In this document: in pieces, positions 11,211-24,415 of the stretch
How the letters are laid out: the number at the start of each line of letters is the position of its first letter
How positions within the stretch are numbered: position 1 is the stretch's first letter
NCBI RefSeq assembly: GCF_044704955.1
Contig: NC_091995.1
Location: forward strand, 4,650,001-4,714,000
Length of the DNA stretch: 64,000 nucleotides
Reading direction: 5' to 3'
Source: Pristiophorus japonicus
Taxonomy: Eukaryota
Notes under the pieces: model-generated
The model's database searches: none
What the model was told of the DNA's origin: nothing
What the model saw: the letters and a program-made list of their open reading frames with translations, nothing else
Program-made: the position numbers and the translations under genes

Positions 11211-12410
11211 CAGTGTCACTCACAGACACAGTGACTGTCACACCCACAGTGCCACACACACCCACACACAACAACTCATTCCCGGGAGGTTGCAGGTATT
11301 CCCGGGAATGTGCGGACACAGTGGGAGCCGGTTATTTCAGTGACAACAACAGAACCGCCCCGGAATAGACAAAACAATCGGTTTAAATCAGTTTCGAATT
11401 ATTCAGCAAATGCTGCATTTATTTCAGTTCTGATCGGTTGTTTTGTGACTGTGTGAAGTTTCACTGAACTGACCCACAATATAATCCTCACCTTCAGAAA
11501 TATCAGTCCGTCTTTTTGCTCCATCTGTTTCTGCAACTTTGAGAGCTCCTCCTGAATAGAATTTAAATTCTCTTGAATTTCTCGAAGGGTTTTCTTCATT
11601 GTTTCCAGAATCTTCCCCTCTTGTTCCCTGAGATCTCGGATTAAACGCTGCTCTTTCTTAGTGAGAATCTGGTGCATTTTAGCGAACTCGGATGTGATGC
11701 GGGTCTGCAGACTGCTCGACTGTTCCTACCAAATGAAATGTGAAACATGATTAATGTACCGCGATAGAGGGAACAAAATTAACCGAGATCCCAGAAAATC
11801 AGCTCAGGGAGACCTTACCCTAACTCCGGAAATCTGCTGTTTCTGTTTTAATTCCGTTTCTCGAGCCGCCGATTTCTTCTCTTTGAGAGAATCTAAGGAA
11901 GATTTCAGCCGATCCTGGGATTGGAAGAGAAAATCACAGAATTAAAGTGATACAATAATCAGGTGATCCAATCTGTTCCCTTTTACCTTGTAGATTCGAA
12001 CAGCTTCTTTAATGGGCATGAAGCGGTGCTCTCTGTGTTCCCGTGCATCTCTACAAGTGTAACAGATCAGTTTCTTGTCAGTTTCACAAAACAGCTTCAG
12101 TTCTTCCTGATGTTCCTCACAATGAAGTTTACTTTCCTTCTCTTTCGGAGTTAGGTTTAATTTTCGAGCTTTCTCGGCCAGATTCGCTGCCATCCGATTT
12201 ATCCTGAGGTTTATTTCCGGAAACTCCTCTCTACATTCCGGGCAGGAGTTTGTCTCCTTCTTTTCCCAACACTGTGTGATACAGGAGCGGCAGAAGTTGT
12301 GCCCACACTCCAGTGAAACCGGATCGGTGAAGAAATCCAGACAAATGGGACAATTTTATTCCTCAGCAAAACTCTGGGCCCGCTGATTAGAAGCCAGGAT
12401 TGAGTTTCAG

Positions 12411-12440
12411 CACTTCCTGGTTCAATCCGCTTTCAGTTTC
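12411..12440 (-). promoter_or_regulatory. ISRE/IRF-type core GAAACTGAAA (12431-12440) and ETS site CAGGAAGTG upstream of TRIM copy B
   Basis: Matches GAAANNGAAA and lies ~35-45 nt upstream of the ancestral start; motif match only. Confidence 0.5.
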
Positions 12441-13364
12441 GATGTTGTTGCCTTGAATTCAGTTCAGCGATTTCCCGATGAATTCACTGCAATATTCGGG
12501 GAATTATTATTATACACTAGTGTATGTCCCGTCGACTTTTACACAGGGAGACAAAACCTAGAGCAGTTTGAAGGACAAACAGGGTTAGAGAGCCGAGGAG
12601 AATAATTGAGCCCTGTCCGGGAGGGTAACGGTCCCTAGGGTGTTGGCATTGGGAGGAGGGAGAGAGAGGGAGGGAGGAGGCGGGGATGGGCGGGGATCCA
12701 GATTCCAGTGCACTTTGCTCCAGACGGAACTCACTGCCGACCATAAACCCTCTGGTGACACACGGTGTGAGATAGAGATTCATAAACTGAATTGTGTTAA
12801 TGATTGCAGCCGCTCACCCTAAAACACAAAGTGCCCTAAATGTCAGGGAGTGATATCCGGTGACAGGTACACAGAAGACCCCGGGACGTCCCAAAGCGTT
12901 TTAAAATGCTCGAAGTACTTTTGAAGAAATGTAGGCACTGTTGTACTTGAACACTGCAAGTGCTGCCCTCCCAGTCCCTGAGACACTGTCTGATCGCAAG
13001 TCTTTCAGTGTTACACGGTGCACCGCTGCCACCTGCTGGCAGGATGTCAGTTCTGCAGGAAAGATTTCCCCATTAAAATGGCCCAAGAAGTGGCGACTGT
13101 CTCTGAAGGTTCACAGGGACGATGGGCCGAATGGCCTCCTTCTGTGCTGTATCACACTCTGATTCTTATGTATTCTTATACTTGGATCTATCAAGTGTAT
13201 TTCCAATTCGCTTTTGACAATTACTGTTAAATCTGCTTCCTCAACCCTGTCAGTCAGTGCATTCCAGATCATCACAAGCCATTGATAATAAAATCCCCAC
13301 TCACTTCTCCAAGATTTGTGAAAGTCTTTTACTGTCCTCACTGTTTGTGTTTTATTTATTTCAG

Positions 13365-15558
13365 GAGGAAGCTTGTCGGAAGAGGAAGTAGGACATGCTC
13401 TTTACAGAATCTCTGCACAGTTTGGTGAAGTGTTTATGGTCAATTTATAACATTAACTGTGTAATATTTACAGGCTTAGTGAGGACTATCCCGTGCAGTC
13501 AGTAGCAGATGGCACCCTGTCTATCGGAAAGTTCAACGGCCCTTTACAGTACACAACGTGGAGAGACATGATAGACGCCATTAACCCCGGTAAATCTCCT
13601 ATATTCCTTTTCATGATTATTAAATCCAGATGAGAAGGGCCTAAACCGGCTCCCAGACCCTGGATTAAATGATCACTGATGTCCGTGTCTAGTCTGGAAG
13701 TCAGGAGTCATTGCACTGGATAAGGGGGGGCTTGGGGTGACCTTACTGAAGTATTCAAGATCCTAAACTGCAGAGAGAAGATAAACATCCAGAGGTTTAA
13801 CACAGTCACAGAGTCTACAACAAAGTAGTGATAGTCTCAAACTCAGAGAATGGCAGAAAAATATATCCGGGGGGAGGAGGTAGGATGGTGGGGGTTTGTT
13901 GAGCGGAGGGGCAAAGCCGAGGAGCGGCCAGCAGCGGGCAGGACAATTCATGCACCTCCCGGCCACAGAGAAACTGTTACACAGAGAATAAATAGAAAGA
14001 ACGTGTTTTTATATCCGACCTTTCACGACCTCAGGACGTCCCAAAGCTCTTTAAAGCCAATGAAGAGTTTTTAAAGTGTAGTCACTGTTGTAATGTGGGA
14101 AAAGCCACAACCAGTTTATGCACAGCAACGTGATAATGACCAGATAACCTGTTTTCATGATGTTGGTTGATGGATAAATATTGCCCAGGACACCGGAGGG
14201 AACTAACTCCTTGCATCATTCCCTGTGGGGGTTCCAGCGGTCCCTTTAAGGACCACAGGTTGGGCCATTCTACAGACTGTTCCACTGGGTGGGACTTGCA
14301 CAGCTCACGCACTGTCCAATGGAAGACCAAGATTGCATTGGGGTCACATGTGCATTATGGGATCCGGTTTGCATAAACTAATGAGGCTTCCCCCATGTTT
14401 AGTGCGGGAGCGCTGGATTCCTATTTCGCGACTGCGGCATACTTTCCCGGCGGGCCTTGGTGGGAAGCATTGCGGGTGGTTTTTGTCTCGTTACTGCTCC
14501 GTTTACGGTGTAATCCGGGCGATTGTGAGACGTAAATCACTCCCAACTACTTTATGCGGAGGGTATGGGAAGTAATACATTGTGGGAAGTGCTTTGAGGC
14601 ATTTCTCAGGAACATTAGAAATGTAAGTTGCTCCTCCAGATGTAATTGCAGTGTGTTTATTTCCATCGCATTCCTTATACTGGACTCTGTCTTACCTGTG
14701 AAATATTTTATTCGCAGCACTACTTTCCTGTGGCCTTTGGAAACAGCTGCTTAAACCCCAGTCACCCCCCACCATCTCTCCCCATCCCCTGCTCTCTCTC
14801 CCCACCCCCACCCTGCTGTCTCCAGTGGTTTTCGGGTCTTTATCTCTGGGCACTGACTGCGCTGAGTCGGGCCCGAAATCGACGTAAATCGACCCCCGGG
14901 ACGTAAACCCTGGAGCGGCAGCAAATTCCAGGATCACAACCCAGAGCCCGAGTGGGCTCTTTAAACAGGAAAGAGTTTGAATAAATCACAGCAATAACTG
15001 ACTGTATTATTTTAACTTTCCCCCAGCTCCAGCCTCTCTGACTCTGGATCCGAACACAGCGAATCACCGGCTCATCCTGTCTGAGGACCGGACCAGTGTG
15101 AGACTCGGAGACAGACTGCAGCCGCTCCCTGACATCCCGGAGAGGTTTGATCGCTGGTCCTGTGTCCTGGGATCGGAGGGATACACATCAGGGAAACACT
15201 ACTGGGAGGTGGAGGTGGAGGACAAGACTGAGTGGTTTATGGGAGTGGCCCGAGAGGAAAGGGAGATTCACACCTGAGCCCAGAGACCGGATACTGGATA
15301 GTGGGGCTGTCCCCCGAAAGTGTCTATTTTGGCCGTACCTCCCCCTCACTGATCCCCCTCACCCCGAGTGTGGAGCCCCGGAAGATCGGGGTGTACCTGG
15401 ACGATGAGGGCGGACAGGTGTCATTTTACAATGCGGACAACATGTCCCATCTCCACACTTTCACCCACACTTTCACTGAGAGAATCTTTCCCATCTTCTT
15501 CCCGGGACAGAATGACGGGAAAAACTCCGCTGACCATCTGTGGGGTTAAAGGTCAACA
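13365..15558 (+). pseudogene. TRIM copy C, 3' half only: exons 13365-13387, 13474-13589 and a frameshifted B30.2 exon from 15027
   Basis: Inverted duplicate of copy B exons 4-6. A deletion after GVARE gives a premature TGA, and there is a second indel near the C-terminus. Exons 1-3 are absent. Confidence 0.9.
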
Positions 15559-16399
15559 GGCCCATCCCATAATTTCACCCTAGATCTAGATCTAGAAAAT
15601 CAATGCAATTTCCTTTTTTATACTTCCTGTTTTTGGTGCAAAAGGTGTTTGCAAAGAAAATCACAAATATGAAAATAATTGCCTGTCAATGTGCAGCGAA
15701 AATAATACTGGGACTTTGAAAAGTAACTGGCATTTTTCTTGTGACAAAAAAAAAGGAGAGAGATGATCAAATAAAACAATGGAACTGGTCAGGCACATTG
15801 AAGCAGCTGCAAGAAGCATTTACATTCGATAGGAGGGAGATGCCAGAAGGAAAGGTGATCCACATGACATTGATTACAAAGTGGAATCTAGACAGCAGGT
15901 GGGTGATATACAAGAACTGGGTAACATTAACAAGGGTAAACTAGGGACCAAAAGATGGGAACATCTACAGTAAGCTGTATAGACGGGAATGCTGAATGCA
16001 TTAAGGATCAACAATTCCAAAACACGAGGCTACTGTAGCACTCGGGAACTACAGTGTTGTGGGAATATTATAAACATGGCTGACTGCAGAGGATGGTGCA
16101 CAGGGACAGGAGGAGCCTGTTCCACCATTCAGTTAGATCATGGCTGATCTGTACCTCAACTGCATTTACCCGTTTTTGCTCCATATCCCTTGATGCCCTT
16201 AACCAACAAAAATCTACCCATCTCAGTCTTGAAAATGTTGAATTGTTTGAATCTCGCATTCAGTCTTTTGAGGGAGAGAGTTCCAGATTTCCACAACCCT
16301 GTGAATGAATTTTTTAAAAAACAAGAAAGTATTAAGGCAGAGCAGAGTAGACAGCAATGTTGTGATGTGGGCCTGGATGTCCAAGACACCGAGGAGATT

Positions 16400-18310
16400 A
16401 AAGCTGTTCATCCTGTGAAAGAGCTGTCCAATTTATTCCCACACCCAAGCCTTTCCCCATAACCCTGCAAATTAGTCCTCTTCAAGTACATGTCCAATTG
16501 CCTTTTGAAAGTCCCTCTGGAATCTGATTCCACCACCCTTTCAGGTCCCAAATCTAAATAACCCTTTGTGAAAAAATATCTCCACATTTCCCCTCTAGTT
16601 CTCTTGCCAATTATTTTAAATCTATGATCTCTGGCTGCTGATCCACTTGCCAGAAGAAGGAGTTTCTCCCCGTTTGCTCAATCAAAACACCTCAGAATTT
16701 GGAATACCTCTATTAGGTGTCCCCTTGACCTTTACTATCCAAGGAGAACAATCCCAGCTTCTGCAATTTCGCCACATAACTGAAGTCCTTCATTCCTACT
16801 ATCATCCTAATAAACCTCCTTCTTACCCTCTCCAAGACTTGACATCCGTCCTCAAGTGTGGTTCACAGAATTCTACACAATACTCCAGCTCAGGCCTAAC
16901 CAGTGATTTGTAAACGTTTAGCATGACTTCCTTATTTTTGAATTCAATGCCCCCAGTTACAAAGCCAAGTATCTCACAAGCTTTCTTGTCTGTCTTTATC
17001 AACTTGCCCTGCCATATTCAAAGATGTGAACCTGCACCCCAGTTCCTTTCATTCTTGCACAACCCTCAAAATAGTACCATTTAGATTACACTGCCTCTCC
17101 ATGTTTGTCCCATAGTGCATCACTTGACACTTATTTGCATTGAATTGCATCTGCCATGTGTCAGCCCATTTCAGAATGACAGGCAGTGATTAGTGGGGTA
17201 CCGCATGGTTCAGTGCTGGGAGCTCAGCTATTTACAATATACATTAATGATTTGGACGAAGGAATTGAATGCAATATCTCCAAGTTTGCAGATGACACTA
17301 AGCTGGGTGGCAGTGAGAGCTGTGAGGAGGATGCCAAGAGGCTGCAGGGTGACTGGGACAGGTTAGCTGAGTGGGCAAATGCATGGCAGATGCAGTATAA
17401 TGTAGATAAATGTGAGGTTATCCACTTTGGTGGCAAAAACAGGGAGGCAGAATATTATCTGAATGGTGACAGATTAGGAAAAGGAGAGGTACAACAAGAC
17501 CTGGGTGTCATAGTACATCAATCATTGAAAGTTGGTGTGCAGGTACAGCAGGCAGTGAAGGCGGCAACTCGCATGTTGGCCTTCATAGCGAGAGGATCTG
17601 AGTATAGGTCTTACTGCCCTTGTACAGGGCCTTGGTGAGGCCACACCTTGAATACTGTGTACAGTTTTGGTCTCCTAATCTGAGGACGGATATTCTTGTT
17701 ATTGAGGGAGTGCAGCGAAGGTTCACCAGACTGATTCCTGGGATGGCAGGACTGACATGAAGACAGACTAGATCGACTAGGCTTATATTCACTGGAACTT
17801 AGAAGAATGCGAGGGGATTTCATGGAAACATTTAACATTCTGACGGTTTGGACTAGTTGGATGCAGCAAGAATGTTCCCGACGTTGGGGAAGTCCAGACC
17901 CAGGGGTCACAGTCTGAGGATAAGGGTAAGCCATTTAGGACCGAGATGAGAAGAAACTTATTCACTCAGAGTTGTGAGCATGTAGAATTCTCTACCACAA
18001 AGTTGTTGAGGCCAGTTCATTAGATGTGGCTTTTACGGCTAAAGGGATCAAGTGGTATGGCGAGAAAGCAGGAATGGGGTACTGAAGTTGCATGATCAGC
18101 CATGATCATTTTGAATGGTGGTGCAGGCTCAAAGGGCTGAATAGCCTACTCCTGCACCTATTTTCTATGTTTCTATATTTCACCAGTCTGTCAATGTCCT
18201 CGTGAATTCTGCTGCTATCCTCCTCACTATTCACTACTTTGCCAAGTTTTGTATCATCTGCAAACTTCAAAATTGTACTTTCTATACCCAAGTGCAGGTT
18301 ATTTATATAC
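16400..18310. mobile_element. CR1 (-) containing a younger nested CR1 (+, ~17170-18175)
   Basis: SGVPHGSVLG..FADDTKL ORF at 17186-17638 with a (TTCTATGT) tail, inside an older CR1. The same nesting is seen at 40720-42640. Confidence 0.85.
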
Positions 18311-18319
18311 AAGGAAAGC

Positions 18320-18778
18320 TTATCGTGAATGGTCTCAGATTTCTCACAGATGTGTCTCCATTCTGAATAAAATATCATCCTTTTCCTCATTCAGTTCTTC
18401 GACCAAGTTCCCTTCCTCTTCACCCAAAATATTGCACAATTTAGAAAATTCAGAGTCGATGAGGTTCTGTGATTGAATCGACTGTTCCTATGAATATAAA
18501 AAGAGTTTGTTAAAGAAGGAAGCAAAACTATCGCAGGTCACCAGCACATTGATCACAATGCTTAATAAAAGCCAAGCTATGCTGCTGGAAATGCACAGGG
18601 ATAGAGTTCTGTTAGCCAGACATGGGGTGTATAACACACTACCTGTACAGGCACAGCCCACATCGGCCCACTGAGAATTCACCTTCATTTCGGAGATGCT
18701 CTCTTCCTGCTCAAACTCAAGATATTGAAAAGAGGTTTACTTCTCCCTCAGAGAATGTAGGATTGTGTTCATTTTCTC
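18320..18778 (-). pseudogene. Second-lineage TRIM relic (96-bp exon and truncated coiled-coil exon)
   Basis: Paralogous to 40238-40700. Confidence 0.75.
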
Positions 18779-21319
18779 CTGGGATTGAAACACTGAGGTC
18801 GGAAGATAATTGGTAAAAAAATTCCAGGGAGGAAATGAGGGAAAACATTTATACACAGCGAGTTATGGTGATCTGGAACGCACTGCCTGAAAGGGCGGTG
18901 GAAGCAGATTCAATAGTAACTTTCAAATGGGAATTGGATAAATAGTTGAGTAGGAGACATTCACAAGGCTCTGGGGAAAGAGCAGGAAGTGAGACTAATG
19001 GGACAGCTCTTTCAAAGAGCCAGCACAGGCACGATGGGCAGAATGGCTTCTTCTGTGCTGTGTGTGTCTATGTTTCTAGGTGCTGACAACAGAGTCAGCG
19101 CTTTGCTAAAATTAGGATTAATTCTTAGCTGGACCAACTGTTTTAACTTCACTTCATAAATGGTTGCATCTGGTGCAAAGCTGAAGTGGAGTCAAACTCT
19201 CTCCTGGCCCTCAATGAAAACTATTGATCTTCAGAGTTACTCTGCACATCTCCCCTCGCCATCAATCTCAAACTGCTTTGCATCAAACACAGTAAGTGGC
19301 ATGACTGTCCCAATCACACTGAGCTGGGACATACTGAGTTAAGACATATAGAATCAGCTGAACTATAAGCAGAAGTACTGAGCTTTCTATACTTCAACAA
19401 CATTACAGATTCACAGTAAGATTCCCGCCCTCCTCCAGCTCACAAGATATCCTGAAATTTAAATAAAATGCAAAGTCAGGCAACACCAAGTTTCCTATTG
19501 GGAAGGAGAGCAGGGGAGTTCTCCCCAGTGTCCTGGGCCAATAGTTATCCCTCAATAAACATCACTAAAACAGTTGAGCTGGTCATTGCCACATTGCTGT
19601 TTGTGGGAACTTGTGTGCAAATTGGCTGCTGCGTTTCCTACTTTACATCACTGACTACACTTCAAAAGTACTTCATTGGCTGTAAAGCACTTTGGGACGT
19701 CTTGAGCTCGTGAAAGGCACGATATAAATGCAAGTCTTTCTTTCTACGGGACTAACACACACCATTATTGCAGCATGACATGCCCTCTGCTAGAAACTGT
19801 CAGACACAAGCCAGTGACAGTATGTGACTGAGATAGTCCTGATACAGCATCATTTCCTGCCCTTGCTAATTCCATCATTTTTTACCCATACTCCGGCTAT
19901 AAGCAAATTCTTTACACAAGTCTAATTTAAGCACACACATACACACCTTACAATAGATGACAGCCCCCTCACACAAAACAGAAGATCCCATGCACAGATT
20001 GTCTTTAACCCATGACTAGGATTACCCCTTATATTATGGGGATTATTTGCATCCCACCTCCTCCTCACCCTCACCCTATCCTCCTCCTCACCCCATTCCC
20101 CTCCTCACCCCCTTCCTCTACCCCCTCCCCAATGTACATTGGGCCCATACTTTCTGGAATTAAGAAGAAAGAGAGGTGTTCTCATTGAAACACAGGATTC
20201 TGAGGGGGACGGACAGGGTAGATGCTGAGAGGTTGTTTCCCCTGTCTGGAGAGTCTAGAACTAGGGAACATAGCCTCAGGATAAGTGGCCGGCCATTTAA
20301 GGCTGAGATGAGGAGGGATGTGAATCTTTGGAATTCTCTATCCCGAAGGGCTGTGGATGCTGAGTCTCTGAGTATATTTAAGGCTCCAATCGATAGATTT
20401 TTGGACTCTGAGGGAATCAAGGGATATGGTGATCAGACAGGAAAGTGGAGTTAAGGTCGAAGATCAGCCATGATCTTATTGAATGGCGGAGCAAGCTCAA
20501 ATTGTGAAGGGTGGGAGGGAGGGGCGGGGGGGGGGGGTGTCCCTGATAATAAAGAATGTTTACCCAGTTTCCCCTTAATTGCATCTGTGCTATTCACCAC
20601 AACCACTGCATGCAGTAGTGACTTCCACATTCTCAGCACTCTCTGGATATAGAAGTAATCCTCTTAAAACTGTGCCTTCATATAGTGACAGGAGGGAGAT
20701 AATTGCACTGAGAACTGCCCTCAACTCCTCCTGTGTATTTTTTCTGTGTTACCAATTTGTTTTTTTTTAGACTCAATCGTTATGGGTTTAAGTCCTGCTC
20801 CAGAACCTTGAGCACAAAATCTAGGCTGACACTCCAATGCAGTGCTGAGGGAGCACTGCACTGTCGAAGATGCCTTCTTTCAGTTGAGATCTTAAACCGA
20901 GCCCCCTCTACCCTCTCAGATGGATGTAACAGATCTCTCGACATTATTTTGAAGAGCAGCGGAAGTTATCCACAATGCCCTGGCCAATATCTTGCCCTGA
21001 GAAAAATATTATTTAGTCACTAACACACTGCTGCTTGTGGGAGCTTGCCGTGCGCAGATTGATGGCCACGTTTCCTACATTACAACCACAAGTGCACGTC
21101 AAAAGTACTTCCAGATCACAACAATTCACTGTTAAAAAAATAAAAGTTTCATGTCACCCCTGGTTCTTTATCGAATCACCTTAAATCGGTGTCAAAGACA
21201 CCGAGCCACGTGAGGAGATATTAAGACAGGTGACCAAAAGCTCATCAAAGAGGTAAGTTTTAAGAAGCGGCTCAAAGGAGGAGAGAGGGGTAGAGAGGCT
21301 GTAGAGGTTTAGGGAGTGT

Positions 21320-21906
21320 TTGCTAGTGCTGTTGGGGAGGGTTTAAACTAATATGGCAGGGGGATGGGAATCTATGCAGGGAGGCAGAGGGAAGTAAAAA
21401 AGGGGACAGAAGCAAAAGATACGAAGGAGAAAAGAAAGAGTGGAAGGCAGAGAAATCAAGGGCGAAAATCAAAAAGGGCCACATTATTACATAATTCTAA
21501 AAGGATAGAGTGCTAAAAAAACAAACCTGAAGGCTCAGAGTCTCAATGCAAAGAGCATTCGTAATAAGGTGGATGAATTAACTGCACAGATAGCTGTTAA
21601 TGGATATGACGTAATTAGGATTACGGAGACATGGCTCCAGGGTGACCAAAGCTGGGAACTCAATATCCAGGGGTATTCAATATTCAGGAAGGATAGACAG
21701 AAAGGAAAACGAGGTGGGGTAGCATTACTGGTTAAAGAGATTAACGCAATAGTAAGGAAGGACATTAACTTGGATGATGTGGAATCTATATGGGTACAGC
21801 TGCAAAACACCAAAGAGCAGAAAACGTTAGTGGAGTTGTGTACAGACCACCAAACAGTAGTAGTGAGGTTGGGGATGGCATCAAACAGGAAATTAGGGAT
21901 GCGTGC
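21320..21906 (+). mobile_element. CR1 ORF2 5' part (AP endonuclease), interrupted by a Gypsy LTR
   Basis: ITETWL...GYSIFRKDR...GGVALLVK motifs. Confidence 0.85.
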
Positions 21907-24415
21907 TGATACGTCCTTACTACACAGTATAAATGCACACGAGGCCCATGCTTGAGAGGTCAGTCTGTGACCTGTCCTTTATTCCTTAGCACTCAAGTGA
22001 TGAAGGTGGGTGGAGCTTCCCCTTTCATACCTGAAGGTCCAGGTTAGGAGTGTCTCCCACCTAGTGGTCAGTGTTCTCACAGTGTACAAATTAGGTCAGT
22101 TTATACATGGGTTACAATGCTGGTTGAATACATGACATCACCTCCCCCCCCCCCCCCCCCAAAGTCTTATTGGGATCACAGGTTGAGTCTCTCTGGTGGT
22201 TTACGCTCTCTTGTAGAGCGCCTGAGTTGGGGCTCCGGTTGTTGGGCGCTGGCCTGAGTGTCTGCAGTTTGCGGTGCCTCAGGCCTGTCCGGACTGACCA
22301 CAGTGACTGGGCTCTCCTCCCTTTGGTTCCGGTGTTCGGTCACCTGTTGTGGAGTGAACTCTACATCGTGTTCTTCCTCTGCTTCTTCTATGGGGTTGCT
22401 GAACCTCCTTTTTGTTTGATCCACATGTTTGCGGCAGATTTGTCCATTGGTAAGTTTAACTACCAGAATCCTATTTCCCTCTTTGGCAACCACAGTGCCT
22501 GCTAGCCATTTGGGCCCTGCAGCGTAGTTGAGGACAAAAACAGGATCATTTACATCAATACATCGCACCCTCGCATTCCTGTCATGGTAGTGATATTGTG
22601 ACTGGCGCCTGCTCTCGACAATTTCTTTCATGGTGGGGTGTATAATGGATAATCGTGTTTTGAACGTCCTTTTCATTAGCAGCTCTGCGGGTGGAACCCC
22701 TGTGAGCGAGTGTGGTCGGGATCTATAGGCCAACAGGAGGCGTGATAAGCGGGTTTGTAGGGAACCCCCTTGGAATCTGAGCATCCCCTGTTTGATTATC
22801 TGCACTGCTCGTTCTGCCTGGCCGTTTGAGGCCGGCTTGAACGGTGCCGTTCTAACATGGTTAATTCCATTGCCTGCCATGAAGTCCTGGAATTCAGGGC
22901 TTGTGAAGCACGGGCCATTGTCGCTGATCAAGATGTCCGGTAGACCGTGGGCGGCGAACAGTGCCCATAGACTTTCTACCGTGGCAGAGGATGTGCTTGA
23001 ATTTAAAATGTCACACTCGATCCATTTGGAGTAGGCGTCTACTACAACCAAAAACATTTTCCCCATGAAAGGACCTGCGTAGTCCACATGGATGCGTGAC
23101 CAAGGTTGGCGGGCCATGGCCAGGGGCTAAGGGGGGCTTCCCTGGGCGCATTGCCCAGCTGGGCACACATGTTGCACCTGCGAACACAAAGTTCCAGATC
23201 TGCGTCTATCCCTGGCCACCAAACGTGTGACCTGGCAATTGCCTTCATCGTGACAATGCCCGGGTGCCCATTGTGGAGTTCTCTGATGAACACCTCTCTG
23301 CCCATCTGGGGCATGACTACACGGTTTCCCCACAGTCGGCAATCGGCCTGAATCGAGAGTTCATCCTTGAGCCTGTGAAATGGTTTAAATTTCTCAGGGC
23401 ATGCCCTGTACGTGGCTGCCCAGTCCCCATTCAGGACACATTTCTTGACTAGAGACAATAGCAGGTCTCTATTTGTCCAGACTTTAATCTGACGGGCTGT
23501 CACGGGTGAGCCTTCGCTTCCGAAAGCTTCAACAGCCATGACCATCTCAGCAGCATGCTCGGTAGCCCCCTCAGTGGTGGCTAGTGGGAGTCTGCTGAGT
23601 GCATCGGCGCAGTTTTCGGTGCCCGGTCGGTGCCGAATTGTGTAGTCATAGGCAGCTAACGCGAGTGCCCACCTCTGTATGCGGGCCGATGCGTTTGCAT
23701 TTATGGCCTTCTTGTCGGCCAAAAGGGACATTAGGGGTTTGTGATCTGTCTCCAGCTCAAATTTCCTGCCAAACAGGTACTGGTGCATTTTCTTTACAGC
23801 ATATACACATGCGAGCGCCTCCTTTTCGACCATCCCGTAGCCCCTTTCTGCCTGGGACAGACTCCTGGAGGCATAAGCTACCGGCTGTAACTGACCCTTG
23901 GCATTGACATGCTGCAACACACACCCGACACCATAGGACGACACATCGCACGTTAACACAAGTTTCTTACGTGGGTTATATAGCGTTAACAGATTATTGG
24001 AACATAACAAATTGCGTGCTCTATTAAAAGCCCTTTCCTGGCTGTCCCCCCAGACCCCTTCGCGACCTTTGCGTAGGAGCATCTGTAGCGTGCTCAATTT
24101 GGGAAGAAAGTTACCAAAATAGTTCAGGAGCCCCAGGAACGAACGCAGCTCCGTCGTGTTACGGGGTCTGGGTGCTCTCTGAATCGCTTCCGTCTTGGAT
24201 GCAGTAGGGCTGATCCCGTCTGCTGCTACCCTCATCCCCAGGAATTCTACCCCTGGAGCTAGGAAGACGCACTTCGCCTTTTTCAGTCGCAGACCTACCC
24301 GGTCCAGTCTGCGTAGCACCTCCTCCAGGTTGTGGAGGTGTTCTTCAGTATCATAACCCGTAATGAGGATGTCGTCCTGAAAAACCACCGTCCCTGGAAT
24401 CGAATTGAGGAGGCT
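21907..24415 (-). mobile_element. Ty3/Gypsy LTR retrotransposon 3' half: partial RT, RNase H, integrase (frameshift ~23110), PPT and 3' LTR (21907-22137)
   Basis: FQDDILI, CDVSSYGVG, ETDHKPL, H2C2 zinc finger and integrase core (HVDYAGP, SDNGP, SNGQAER). Poly-G PPT followed by a TG...CA LTR. Confidence 0.95.

Larger units (their letters stand above)
7519..12397 (-). pseudogene. TRIM copy B (RING-B-box-CC-B30.2): exons 12397-11987, 11914-11819, 11725-11492, 9805-9783, 9683-9568, 8069-7519. Start lost (CTG), TAA at codon 14; a RING-less 408-aa ORF remains from ATG 12193
   Basis: [35 protein letters not shown]-box, and [18 protein letters not shown]30.2 motifs. All splice sites are GT-AG. TAA at 12356-12358. 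Confidence 0.85.
15591..21905. repeat. Segmental duplicate, inverted relative to ~35870-43449
   Basis: Colinear reverse-complement match of unique sequence and shared TE insertions. The partner carries an extra CR1 at 36497-37855. Confidence 0.85.
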
